64,000 nucleotides of DNA, taken from positions 29,133-93,132 of the forward strand of contig CAYMPD010000003.1 of assembly GCA_964392445.1 (NCBI GenBank), in the 5' to 3' direction. Shown here piece by piece: positions 9,417 through 17,940 of this stretch (its first letter is position 1; each line of letters opens with the position of its first letter). The notes beneath the pieces are model-generated. The model was not told the DNA's origin. It worked only from the letters and a program-made list of their open reading frames with translations, and searched no databases. The position numbers were made by a program, and so were the translations under genes. Source of the DNA: an uncultured archaeon. GTDB lineage: Archaea; Aenigmatarchaeota; Aenigmatarchaeia; CG10238-14.

Positions 9417-10310
9417 TCACATATTCCTCAATCTTTCAATACGTTCATCAATAGGTGGATGTGTGGAAAAGAGGTTACTAGTTTTAAAATTACCAAATGG
9501 ATTAGCAATAAACAATGGTGCAGCAGCTTTATTCACCCTCATTTTACCTTTATTATGTTTCTTTATCTTTTCTAGTGCCGAGGCAAGACCCTCAGGATAC
9601 CTTGTCAAAAATCCTCCGCTCGAATCTGCCAAATACTCCCTTTTTCTGGAAATAGCCAACTGAACAAGCTTAACAAATATTGGAGCGAGAATAGAGAAAA
9701 CAAGACCAAGAATTAAGAGTACACCCCCTCCTTTTTTCCGATCCCTATCTCTTCCACCACTAAACCACATACTTCTCCTAAAAACATGAGCAACAATAAC
9801 TACCATCCCAACCATAACCGCAACTAATGTGGCAAAACGAACATCATAATTCTTAATATGGGACATTTCATGAGCAATAACACCTTCCAGCTCTGCTCTG
9901 TCAAGAAGTTCAATCATACCTGTAGTAACACAAATAATCCCCTTTTCAGGATTCCTGCCCGTCGCAAAAGCATTAATTTCAGGAGAATCTATCACATAAA
10001 TCCTTGGCGTAGGTATGCCCGCGGCTATTGCTAACTCCTCAACAACATTAACCAAGTATCTATGTTCCTTCTTGGTCGCAGGACGTGCATTGACCGACGC
10101 CAAAACCATCTTATCACTGTAATAGTATGAGAAAAACGTGAAAAGTATCGAAAATATACCTGCAATGATCACGAAACTATATGCTAATGATGGATTGTAT
10201 ATCTGTCCGATGGTATAACCAATAAAAATAAGGGAAAGAAAAACAACTAACATCAATCCTACGGACTTAATCTTATTTCTGGTTATCTCGTCTTGTATGT
10301 TTCTTTTCAT
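9417..10310 (-). CDS. htpX: M48 zinc metalloprotease HtpX
   Basis: INAFATG, AHEMSH (HExxH), REYLAD, LFSTHPP; TM segments. Confidence 0.92.
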   Translation of the reverse strand: MKRNIQDEITRNKIKSVGLMLVVFLSLIFIGYTIGQIYNPSLAYSFVIIAGIFSILFTFFSYYYSDKMVLASVNARPATKKEHRYLVNVVEELAIAAGIPTPRIYVIDSPEINAFATGRNPEKGIICVTTGMIELLDRAELEGVIAHEMSHIKNYDVRFATLVAVMVGMVVIVAHVFRRSMWFSGGRDRDRKKGGGVLLILGLVFSILAPIFVKLVQLAISRKREYLADSSGGFLTRYPEGLASALEKIKKHNKGKMRVNKAAAPLFIANPFGNFKTSNLFSTHPPIDERIERLRNM

Positions 10311-10318
10311 CTAACCAA

Positions 10319-10861
10319 CTAAAAATCAACTTTAACTGGTTTTCTCTCTGTGGCTTCTATTTCTAAGTGTTTTTTCTTACCTTTTCCTAACAGACCCGCA
10401 AAAATTACTCCTGGAAAAGTTGTAACTAGATTATTGTAGGTCAAAATTGAGTCATTGTAAAATTGTCTGGCATAAGCGATCTTATTTTCAACCGCTGACA
10501 ACTCCTCCTGAAGCATCATGAAATTTTCATTTGCTCTCAATTTTGGATAATTTTCTGCAAGTGCGAAGATTGTTTTTAGTGCCCCTGCCATCTGATTATT
10601 TGCTTTCACTTTTTCTTCATCACTCCCCGCTTTCATCATTTTCTGCCTTGCTGTTGTAACTGCCTTTATTGCGTCTTTTTCGTGTTTCATGTAACCTTTT
10701 ACTGTTTCAACCAAATTTGGAACTAGATCAACTCTTTTTTTCAGTTGTACGTCTATCTGTGACCAAGCATTGTCCACTCTATTCCCAAGTATAATTATCC
10801 TGTTGGCATAGTAAACTACCACTATAACAACCAAGACAACCAGCCCTATTAACCAAAGCAT
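10319..10861 (-). CDS. lemA: LemA family protein
   Basis: NAWSQIDVQLKKRVDLVPNLV, ENYPKLRANENF, KIAYARQFYN; upstream of htpX. Confidence 0.93.
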   Translation of the reverse strand: MLWLIGLVVLVVIVVVYYANRIIILGNRVDNAWSQIDVQLKKRVDLVPNLVETVKGYMKHEKDAIKAVTTARQKMMKAGSDEEKVKANNQMAGALKTIFALAENYPKLRANENFMMLQEELSAVENKIAYARQFYNDSILTYNNLVTTFPGVIFAGLLGKGKKKHLEIEATERKPVKVDF

Positions 10862-10994
10862 GTTTTATCACACCCTCTTAATTATAACTAATTGATTTAA
10901 TAAGTATATTAAGAATTGTTTTTTGTTCTTATTTTGAGTTTTCGTCCCTATAGGATATGCCGTAGGCAGAAGTTTAAAAATTTTACTTGTTCCT

Positions 10995-11585
10995 CTAATT
11001 CCCACTATCAACCAAAAACTCATCAGGTTTATAATCGAACTTTTTCTCTCCCCTTTCCTTCATTATCTCTCTAGCGAGCAACCAATAAAGAAGAGCAATA
11101 GATTTTCTACCTTTATTATTAGAAGGAATAACCAATTCAATGTTCTTAGTACTGTTAAAAGTATCACAAAAAGCAACAATTGGTATTCTTGAATTAACAG
11201 CTTCTTTCACCGACTGTCTGTCAGATAAAGGATCCGTGACTAAAATCACATCAGGTTCTAAGAAATTATTATAATTAGGGTTTGTTAAGGTTCCAGGCAT
11301 AAATCTGCCAACAATAGTCTCAGCACCGATTATCTCTGCAAACCTTTTAACAGCTTTATGGGCATTAGTTTTCTTCCCAACAACAAGTATTTTGTCATGT
11401 CTTGCGAGAAACTTTGCTGCAATCCCAACTCTTTTGTCAACTAATTTAAGATTAAGAACAGATAATCCATCCCCCCTAACCTTGTAAATGAACTTTTTCA
11501 TACTAGCAGTTTTCGACTTCATCCCTATATGGGTTCCTGCGGATAGATAATCCTCTTTGGGTATAAGAAACTTCTCTTCGGCCAT
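10995..11585 (-). CDS. rps2: 30S ribosomal protein uS2 (archaeal type)
   Basis: YLSAGTHIG, GRFMPGTLTNP, VTDP..D.Q, PSNNKGRKSIALLYWLLAREI. Confidence 0.96.
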   Translation of the reverse strand: MAEEKFLIPKEDYLSAGTHIGMKSKTASMKKFIYKVRGDGLSVLNLKLVDKRVGIAAKFLARHDKILVVGKKTNAHKAVKRFAEIIGAETIVGRFMPGTLTNPNYNNFLEPDVILVTDPLSDRQSVKEAVNSRIPIVAFCDTFNSTKNIELVIPSNNKGRKSIALLYWLLAREIMKERGEKKFDYKPDEFLVDSGN

Positions 11586-11589
11586 TCAA

Positions 11590-12393
11590 TCAACCTATAT
11601 ACTTTAACTCCTCTCCACCTGCTTCCTTTGGTACTTTTTCTGCAAGCATCTGTGATAATGCTTTTGATTGTACTTTTTGTATCTTTTTCATGAACTTTTT
11701 CATCTCTTTTATTTTATCTTGCAACTCTTCCATATTAATTTCAATATTTAATATCTTCAGTAAAACTTTTAAGATTACCTCTGCAGTCTTTGGATCTGGA
11801 ATTTCTGGCATTCCTGCGGTTTGACCGAGTAAACATAAACCTTCCATGTCTCTATAACGCCCTAAACCCAAAAATAAACCAGAGGCACCAATTATCGTTC
11901 CTACTTTACTTCCAGCATCAAAATCTATATCATGCCCTTTGTATTTTTCAATAACCTTTGGATCACTCACAGCTCCAATAACCTTTGGTTTCTCATCTAA
12001 GTCCTGAACGCTTAGGCCGGCTGTGGTGATTAAGTCCTTAACACCCAATTCTTCCAAAAAGTCCAGTACAGTCTCCACAATATCATAATGTCCTATCGGG
12101 TCCACGCTTTGACTATCACCGATTAGGAATATAATATCTCTTCCATCCGGCTTCTCGTTTTTCCAATAGTAAAATTCATTTTTAAGTACATGAACGGCTG
12201 AGCTTTGGTGTATAAGCACAAAAGGCATAAAGTGAGAAGACATTAATTCCGCAAACTTCTCCGCACCTAACTCTTCAAGTAAGTACCCAACCGCTATTCT
12301 ACCAACGTTTCCAACACCTGGTAGACCCTCGATAAAAATTGGGTCATTCAATTCTGGTAATTCTTTTAAAACTTTAATCTTTGCTCCTTCCAT
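11590..12393 (-). CDS. Proteasome assembly chaperone (PAC2) family protein
   Basis: FIEGLPGVGNVGRIA, IGDSQ, IIGASGLFLG, PDPKTA. Confidence 0.88.
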   Translation of the reverse strand: MEGAKIKVLKELPELNDPIFIEGLPGVGNVGRIAVGYLLEELGAEKFAELMSSHFMPFVLIHQSSAVHVLKNEFYYWKNEKPDGRDIIFLIGDSQSVDPIGHYDIVETVLDFLEELGVKDLITTAGLSVQDLDEKPKVIGAVSDPKVIEKYKGHDIDFDAGSKVGTIIGASGLFLGLGRYRDMEGLCLLGQTAGMPEIPDPKTAEVILKVLLKILNIEINMEELQDKIKEMKKFMKKIQKVQSKALSQMLAEKVPKEAGGEELKYIG

Positions 12394-12395
12394 TC

Positions 12396-13166
12396 TTATC
12401 CTCCTCCTATTTTGTAGCTTGCAGCACCATCTTTTATTTTTGATATTTCTTTTTCAAGATTTTTCCTAAATTTCTTCTCTGCTTTTTTAGGGTCTTTTGT
12501 GGTTATTTGTATGCTATATTTTGGTGCACTAATATATTTTATCTCCCATTTATATTTGTCATTTAAACTATTAAGGAATTCCTTTACTCTGTCAACCCCA
12601 TTCCCAGTGAAAAATTTGAGATTAAGTGCGGCTTTTATTTCAACCTCTTTCTTTTGAATTTTATCCTTTGCTATTTCTGCCATTATTTTTACGTACTTTT
12701 CATCAATACCTCTCCTGACCAATTGATCAGGGTCTTCTAAGGATAAACTGAAAGCGTTGAACATGTCGCCAAAAGTATCTTGGATATCATAACCTATTTT
12801 TTCGTAGGCCTCTTCAAGTGACAATTTCAATTCTTTTGCCATAAACTCAAGCATCTTTTCAGCTCTTTCCTCTTGTTTGTATTCTTGAAGTTTTCTTTCT
12901 TTACTTTTTTTAGAAACTCTTTTAAGACTGAGGTTAATATACCCTTTTCCTTCATCTACTCGGGTTACTTTTGCGATGTAGTCTTTCCCCGTTTTAACAA
13001 AGTTTCTGATATCTCTAACCCACCTTCCAGAGACTTCTGATACATGTATCATACCTTCTTTTCCAGGGTATTCCTTCAACCGACACAAAGCCGAGTAAGG
13101 GGTGATATTTTTAACAGTAACTAAAACTACTTCTCCTTCTGAGGGAAACCCTTTTCGTTTGACCAT
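12396..13166 (-). CDS. eif2a: Translation initiation factor aIF2 alpha
   Basis: FPSEGEVV S1 domain, EGMIHVSEVSGRWVRDI, KGYINLSLKRV, YISAPKY. Confidence 0.95.
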   Translation of the reverse strand: MVKRKGFPSEGEVVLVTVKNITPYSALCRLKEYPGKEGMIHVSEVSGRWVRDIRNFVKTGKDYIAKVTRVDEGKGYINLSLKRVSKKSKERKLQEYKQEERAEKMLEFMAKELKLSLEEAYEKIGYDIQDTFGDMFNAFSLSLEDPDQLVRRGIDEKYVKIMAEIAKDKIQKKEVEIKAALNLKFFTGNGVDRVKEFLNSLNDKYKWEIKYISAPKYSIQITTKDPKKAEKKFRKNLEKEISKIKDGAASYKIGGG

Positions 13167-13220
13167 ATTATCTACAATAAGTGGGAATTAAAACTTTAAA
13201 AGGATTAATGATGTGAGAAA

Positions 13221-13310
13221 TCAGATTACGTTGACTATTATGAACTCGTAGATTATCCAACCAATGACTAGGATGAACGCCAATTGCAGGATTATTTTTG
13301 GTAGCTTCAT
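13221..13310 (-). CDS. Putative small membrane protein (29 aa)
   Basis: MKLPKIILQLAFILVIGWIIYEFIIVNVI*; a single hydrophobic helix, no clear SD. Confidence 0.5.
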   Translation of the reverse strand: MKLPKIILQLAFILVIGWIIYEFIIVNVI

Positions 13311-13446
13311 TATTAGTATAAAATTGAATGGAATAAAATGAATTTATGTGGAGGAGTTGAGAAATTTATTTAAAAATGTGGACTTGGTTTGGATTTTTGA
13401 TAGATAAAATAGTAAAGGACTTGGTTTTTAATTTTGTTTGGGTTTA

Positions 13447-13626
13447 TTACTTACAAATTGCTGGAGGATTATATGACTGTCCTGTATACCCTTGAATAAA
13501 ACCAGTTACCCCGCAATAACCCCATGTCACTATATTTTGGAGTGGTTTACCTCGAAGAACACCGATCAAACCTATTACCAAATAGATTACAACCAAAATT
13601 AGAGCTAACTTCATTAATTTTTTCAT
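13447..13626 (-). CDS. Putative small exported/membrane-anchored protein (59 aa)
   Basis: MKKLMKLALILVVIYLVIGLIGVLRGKPLQNIVTWGYCGVTGFIQGYTGQSYNPPAICK*; signal-like N-terminus and two Cys. Confidence 0.6.
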   Translation of the reverse strand: MKKLMKLALILVVIYLVIGLIGVLRGKPLQNIVTWGYCGVTGFIQGYTGQSYNPPAICK

Positions 13627-13683
13627 AAGATAATATTGAATTTTGCCGATAAAAACTTACTAAAACTTGATGAAGAAGAACCA

Positions 13684-13789
13684 TGCAGGGGGTGAGATTC
13701 GAACTCACGAACCGACTAACGGACAGAGTCCTAAGCATCGCAAACCTTTTCGATTTCCTGCGCCTTTGACCAGACTTGGCGACCCCTGC
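13684..13789 (-). tRNA. tRNA-Leu(TAG) with a 20-nt non-canonical intron at position 30/31 (13737-13756)
   Basis: Acceptor GCAGGGG/CCCCTGC, long variable arm, T arm GTGAG-TTCGAAT-CTCAC. Removing AAATCGAAAAGGTTTGCGAT gives anticodon arm CAGGG-CTTAGGA-CTCTG. BHB central helix CGCA:TGCG. Confidence 0.9.
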
Positions 13790-14491
13790 TTATAATTTCA
13801 AAGATACAAATGGAAATGTATTTTTAAATCTATTTGCATCCTCCTCTTTCCCAATTATCACATCAAAGATGGGTTTTTTAGATACGTTGTGCTTCCAGCT
13901 AGATGTAAATGGAGAAATATTAAATCTATTTAATGCTTTTTTGATATCAGAGGAGAGAGCTTCACTTGAAGACGTGAATGAAATTCTACCGTTCTTATTC
14001 CCTCCATCGGCTAAGAAAAGACCAGACAGGAAGAATTTCAAACAACCCATGTTCTTCTTTATATAATCTGGGATTTTTACTTTATCGCTTTTTTTACCAC
14101 ATGGTATCTCGAAAATTTTGTTGAATAAGGTCCAAACAGCTTTATTATCAAACTCAATTTTCCATCTAATTTTCCTATTCTCTCTTGTGTCTAGTTTTTT
14201 CTTTAGTTTAAGATCAAGTTTGAAAGTTTTATTAAATTTTAACATCACAAGTTTCATCAATCCTCTATTGGCCATTTCTATAGTTATTCTAAATCTACCA
14301 TCCTTTGTTAAATGACCATCTCCGATAATGATTCCGGAAAGAAAGGACAAATCAGGAGTTACATTTATAGGTATTTCTCTAATATTTTTACCCCAGAAAT
14401 TTGATTTACACCAAATTTTTTCCGAATTTTTCTTAACAACTGCTATTCTAGTATCCTTTTCTATTTCTTTGACAAATTCGTTGAAATTCAT
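13790..14491 (-). CDS. Free-standing two-motif LAGLIDADG homing endonuclease-like protein
   Basis: SFLSGIIIGDGHL and FFLSGLFLADGG motifs, then ISFTSSSEALSSDIKKALNRFNI. No intein ends. Stop codon directly abuts tRNA-Leu G1. Confidence 0.88.
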   Translation of the reverse strand: MNFNEFVKEIEKDTRIAVVKKNSEKIWCKSNFWGKNIREIPINVTPDLSFLSGIIIGDGHLTKDGRFRITIEMANRGLMKLVMLKFNKTFKLDLKLKKKLDTRENRKIRWKIEFDNKAVWTLFNKIFEIPCGKKSDKVKIPDYIKKNMGCLKFFLSGLFLADGGNKNGRISFTSSSEALSSDIKKALNRFNISPFTSSWKHNVSKKPIFDVIIGKEEDANRFKNTFPFVSLKL

Positions 14492-14745
14492 TTATATAAC
14501 CTTTAAATTATTTTTATAATATCTTCAATCATAACTAATTTTAAACCTATTTTTCTTCTTCAATTTCTATCTTTACCCTTTATATAATGGTTTTCTTGGA
14601 CTTTAAATTAAGATCTATTTTTAATAAAATCAAAAAGCCTAAAACCATCTTCAGACACATTTTTTCCACTTTTTGAGGCATAAATATTAAAACTTAATTG
14701 TATAATCTATTAATATATATTAGTAACTGCGTTCGAGTGATAAAA

Positions 14746-15282
14746 ATGAGACCAAGAATTACAAGAAAGCACAGAAAATCATTTGTTCTGGCAGCAATAA
14801 CTCTTTTAATTAGTCTACTCGCCGCGCTATTTTTTCGTAACATACTCATTTTTTTCTTACTCATAGGTTTTAACGCCTTACTGAATCTTTACCAAGCATC
14901 AACAGGTTTACCATTTGACATGACACCTACAATACCACTGGTTGTTATATTTTCGATGAAATTTGGATTTTGGTTTGGGCTTATTTTCTTGTTCCTGAGT
15001 TCTATCATTCCCACTATCATTGTTTCAGCATTAACTACGCCCAATGTTTTTTTCTCTTTGTTCGTTGGTTTATTGATAGGTTACTTATCAACGGCAGGAT
15101 TAACTGATAATGCTTTTGTTTATGGGCTGATTTTGATTGTGTTTGAAGGACTGATTGGTCTAGTTATTGCTAGTCTTGCTTCTGTTGAGACTATGCCTCC
15201 GTTTTTTGTATTTTTGGCTTCGGGTGTGAACTTGTTTTACTTTGTTATATTTTATAATTTTCTGAGTTATATTTTACTTTGA
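14746..15282 (+). CDS. Multi-pass membrane protein of unknown function
   Basis: About 6 hydrophobic helices; start refined to ATG 14746 after a GAGTGA SD. Confidence 0.7.
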   Translation: MRPRITRKHRKSFVLAAITLLISLLAALFFRNILIFFLLIGFNALLNLYQASTGLPFDMTPTIPLVVIFSMKFGFWFGLIFLFLSSIIPTIIVSALTTPNVFFSLFVGLLIGYLSTAGLTDNAFVYGLILIVFEGLIGLVIASLASVETMPPFFVFLASGVNLFYFVIFYNFLSYILL

Positions 15283-15301
15283 GTTGTTTTTAGGAATTAA
15301 G

Positions 15302-15389
15302 TGCTCCCGACGGGATTCGAACCCGTGTCCTCGGCTATCTTCCAGAAGTCGAAAGGCCGATATCCTTGGCCGGACTAGACTACGGGAGC
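15302..15389 (-). tRNA. tRNA-Glu(TTC) with a 13-nt canonical 37/38 intron (15337-15349)
   Basis: Acceptor GCTCCCG/CGGGAGC, anticodon stem TCGGC/GCCGA, loop CTTTCG|A, intron ACTTCTGGAAGAT with CTTT:GAAG central helix. Confidence 0.9.
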
Positions 15390-15394
15390 TTGAG

Positions 15395-15483
15395 TGGGCC
15401 GAACAGGATTTGAACCTGTGATTTCTGCCATTTTGATTCGAAAATCGTCAAGGCAGCGTCTTAACCAACTGGACCATCGGCCC
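15395..15483 (-). tRNA. tRNA-Val(GAC) with a 15-nt canonical 37/38 intron (15431-15445)
   Basis: Acceptor GGGCCGA/TCGGCCC, stem CTGCC/GGCAG, intron ATTTTCGAATCAAAA with TTGA:TCAA central helix and TT-TTCG-AA hairpin. Confidence 0.9.
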
Positions 15484-15525
15484 TTGCTAACTAATAATGA
15501 CAATAATAATTTAAATTCGTTTATG

Positions 15526-15541
15526 ACGCTGAGGGTGGAAT
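15526..15541 (+). repeat. att-like copy of the tRNA-Ser(GCT) 3' end
   Basis: ACGCTGAGGGTGGAAT vs ACGCTGAGGGTGGGAT at 19665-19680 (15/16 identical, first 13 exact). Confidence 0.8.
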
Positions 15542-15644
15542 AGAAAGCTTAAGTATAACCCAAGTGGCTGACTAGTGCCATTATAGCTACCTGTGCTTAT
15601 ATAGTTTTTTACTATTTATGATTTTAGTGTAAGGTGCGGTTTTG

Positions 15645-15794
15645 ATGGTAAAACTACAATAAGTAAAAAATAGATACTCAATTACAATTCCAAAGGAGTA
15701 TGTTAAACTCAAGAAATGGGAGAAAGGACAGGAGCTAGTTGTAGGTTTAATGGGGACTGTGATAGATGTAAACTGTGAGTTAGAGAACATCTAG
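15645..15794 (+). pseudogene. AbrB/MazE-like DNA-binding protein pseudogene
   Basis: After an AAGGTG SD: MVKLQ*VKNRYSITIPKEYVKLKKWEKGQELVVG...; in-frame TAA at codon 6. Confidence 0.65.
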
Positions 15795-15950
15795 TTAGTA
15801 AAAAAATGGAAATAAAGAATAAAGTTACGCATTGAAATCCACTAAAAAAGGAGTTGTTTCTTTGTAATACAGGCAATTCCTATAAGTATCAGATATTTAA
15901 AATTATTTATCATAATTGAATCAGACAGGATTTAATGATTCATCGATAAG

Positions 15951-17246
15951 ATGATAATGATTCAAATGCAAAATCAAATCCCCTATCAGGAAGTAGAAGA
16001 ATGTAGAGTATGTGGGGGTACGGATTTCACACCATATCTGGATTTAGGAGAAATGCCTTTGGTTAATAGACTTTTAACAGACCCAAACGATCCTGATCCA
16101 AAATTTCCTTTAGAAGTACTCTACTGTAATGATTGTTCAAATTCTCAGTTAAGTGTAGTAGTAGACCCATCCATTCTTTTCAGAGATTATGTATATCGTT
16201 CCTCAATGTCACAAACTTATATGGATCATTGTGCCCGTATGGCTCGATTATCAGAAAGGGAATTGGATATGTCAGAGGGCGATCTTGTAGTAGATATAGC
16301 GTCTAATGATGGAGCTCTTCTTCAACAATTTAAACCATATAATGTTAGAGTACTCGGGATTGACCCAGCAACTAATCTTGCTAAAATTGCGACTGAAGAA
16401 GGAATACCGACAATCGCAGAATTTTGGCCGGGTGATTTACCAGAAAGAATAATTGAAGAGTATGGTCCAGCTAAAATAATTACTGCAACTAATGTATTTG
16501 CTCATGTGGGTGATATCCAAGGATTTGCAAGGGGGGTTTATGATCTACTTGATGAAGAGGGAACCTTTATGGTTGAATTTCCATATATGGTAGATTTGAT
16601 TCAAAATGGTTGTTTTGATACAATTTATCATGAACATCTATCATATTTTTTAGTTTCTCCCCTAGTAGAACTTTTTAGAAGAGTTGGTTTAGATATAGCT
16701 CGGGTCGATAGATTACCAATACATGGTGGGAGCGTAAGACTTTATGTAAGAAAAGACGGTTCTATAGAAACTTCTGTGGAAGAAAATCTTTTAATGGAGG
16801 AGGAAATGGGATACCATGATATTAGTAGATATTTAGGATTTGCAGAAAAAACAGATGAAGTTAGAGAAGATTTATTAGATCTACTAGAACAAAAACAGAC
16901 TAGGGGAGAAAGTGTGGCAGCTTTTGGCGCAGCTGCCAAGGGGACTATTTTATTAAATTATTGTGATATTGGACCAGAAATCATTCCGTATATTGTAGAT
17001 GATACACCTGAAAAACAAGGAAAATATATACCTGGGATGCATATACCTGTGGTCTCTAGAGATAGATTGACCAGATCAATACCTGATAATCTCTTAATCT
17101 TACCATGGAACTTTTTAACAGAAATTCTATCAAATACAGCATCTTTTAGATCTACAGGGGGTTCGTATATAGCTGCTATACCTCGTGTCCGTGTAATAAA
17201 ACCTGAGAGAATCAAAACGGATAGAGTACCTGTAGCCCAGATTTAA
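15951..17246 (+). CDS. NDP-sugar C-methyltransferase (Zn-binding N-domain, class I SAM domain, C-methyltransferase C-domain)
   Basis: CRVCGG..YLDLGEMPLVN, FPLEVLYCNDCSNSQL, VVDIASNDG, DTIYHEHLSYF, HGGSVR, FGAAAKG, ILPWNF. Confidence 0.9.
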   Translation: MIMIQMQNQIPYQEVEECRVCGGTDFTPYLDLGEMPLVNRLLTDPNDPDPKFPLEVLYCNDCSNSQLSVVVDPSILFRDYVYRSSMSQTYMDHCARMARLSERELDMSEGDLVVDIASNDGALLQQFKPYNVRVLGIDPATNLAKIATEEGIPTIAEFWPGDLPERIIEEYGPAKIITATNVFAHVGDIQGFARGVYDLLDEEGTFMVEFPYMVDLIQNGCFDTIYHEHLSYFLVSPLVELFRRVGLDIARVDRLPIHGGSVRLYVRKDGSIETSVEENLLMEEEMGYHDISRYLGFAEKTDEVREDLLDLLEQKQTRGESVAAFGAAAKGTILLNYCDIGPEIIPYIVDDTPEKQGKYIPGMHIPVVSRDRLTRSIPDNLLILPWNFLTEILSNTASFRSTGGSYIAAIPRVRVIKPERIKTDRVPVAQI

Positions 17247-17559
17247 TGAATTATTAGTAAAAAATCTCCCGAACCATCAATAACTAAACTTAACACTGTA
17301 ATTATTTACACCCATGACTCCCGCATACACGCACATCCCTCTTGTCCAAAACAACTCACACGTTCTAAATTAATCCTTCCCGCTTCGCAGTAACTCTTAT
17401 TATGGACCTTCCGTGTGTGTCCTCCCAGAGGTGATGTGCTATGCAAAGTGTAAATAGAACTGTTAGAAGAGTTAATGAAGAGCTGTTTGGTTTCGGAGAT
17501 TTCTGGGTTGATAGAGATTGAGAGGTCTCCTTGCTTTATATTCTCCTATTCAGATACTT

Positions 17560-17940
17560 TTATGCCAATATTTCAACGACTCTCTCACAAGAACTTTTAT
17601 AAAAAATATGTTCGTATCCAGAAAAAGATTCTTCACGAATCTCATCTAAGTGTGAGCTTAATCTACCTGTAATACCTATCATTGTAGGGAGAGTTGCATA
17701 ATGTCTTCTCGCCACTTCTAAAACATCTTGTGGTCCATTACTTCTATACCTCCTTGCTCCTTTTCTTGAGAGGCCACTAATCCCAGCATCCACTATGATA
17801 GCATCATATGAACTCTCAAAAATTCTATCTCTAGCTTGAGTAGCATTATGAGCTACATCAACTTCGTATCCTCTACGAGATAAAAATCCTCCATAACCGT
17901 CTCTGAAAGAATGATCATCTTCTACTAACAAAATTTTCAT
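17560..17940 (-). CDS. Stand-alone response-regulator receiver domain
   Basis: Likely start MKILLVEDD at 17940; YEVDVAHN, YDAIIVD phospho-acceptor, IGITG, FYK. Confidence 0.75.
   Translation of the reverse strand: MKILLVEDDHSFRDGYGGFLSRRGYEVDVAHNATQARDRIFESSYDAIIVDAGISGLSRKGARRYRSNGPQDVLEVARRHYATLPTMIGITGRLSSHLDEIREESFSGYEHIFYKSSCERVVEILA

Noticed and set aside
10935-10975. Two small hairpins followed by GGACGAAAAC on the minus strand, reminiscent of a hammerhead ribozyme
   Set aside because: The CUGAnGA core is absent; more likely a terminator or chance structure after rps2.
13380-13427. GGACTTGGTTT direct repeat, two copies
   Set aside because: Short, only two copies, in AT-rich intergenic DNA with no associated structure.
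13547-14519. ORFs 13547-13738, 13776-14066, 14118-14315 and 14328-14519
   Set aside because: They overlap the tRNA-Leu or are antisense to the LAGLIDADG gene, with no motifs; the same applies to most other short antisense ORFs in the track.
13790-14700. LAGLIDADG ORF as part of a large tRNA intron or split tRNA
   Set aside because: tRNA-Leu is complete downstream of the stop, and I found no tRNA half upstream (14492-14745).
15660-15662. In-frame TAA as evidence of a recoded genetic code
   Set aside because: TAA, TAG and TGA all end conserved genes at expected positions throughout the window; a nonsense mutation is simpler.
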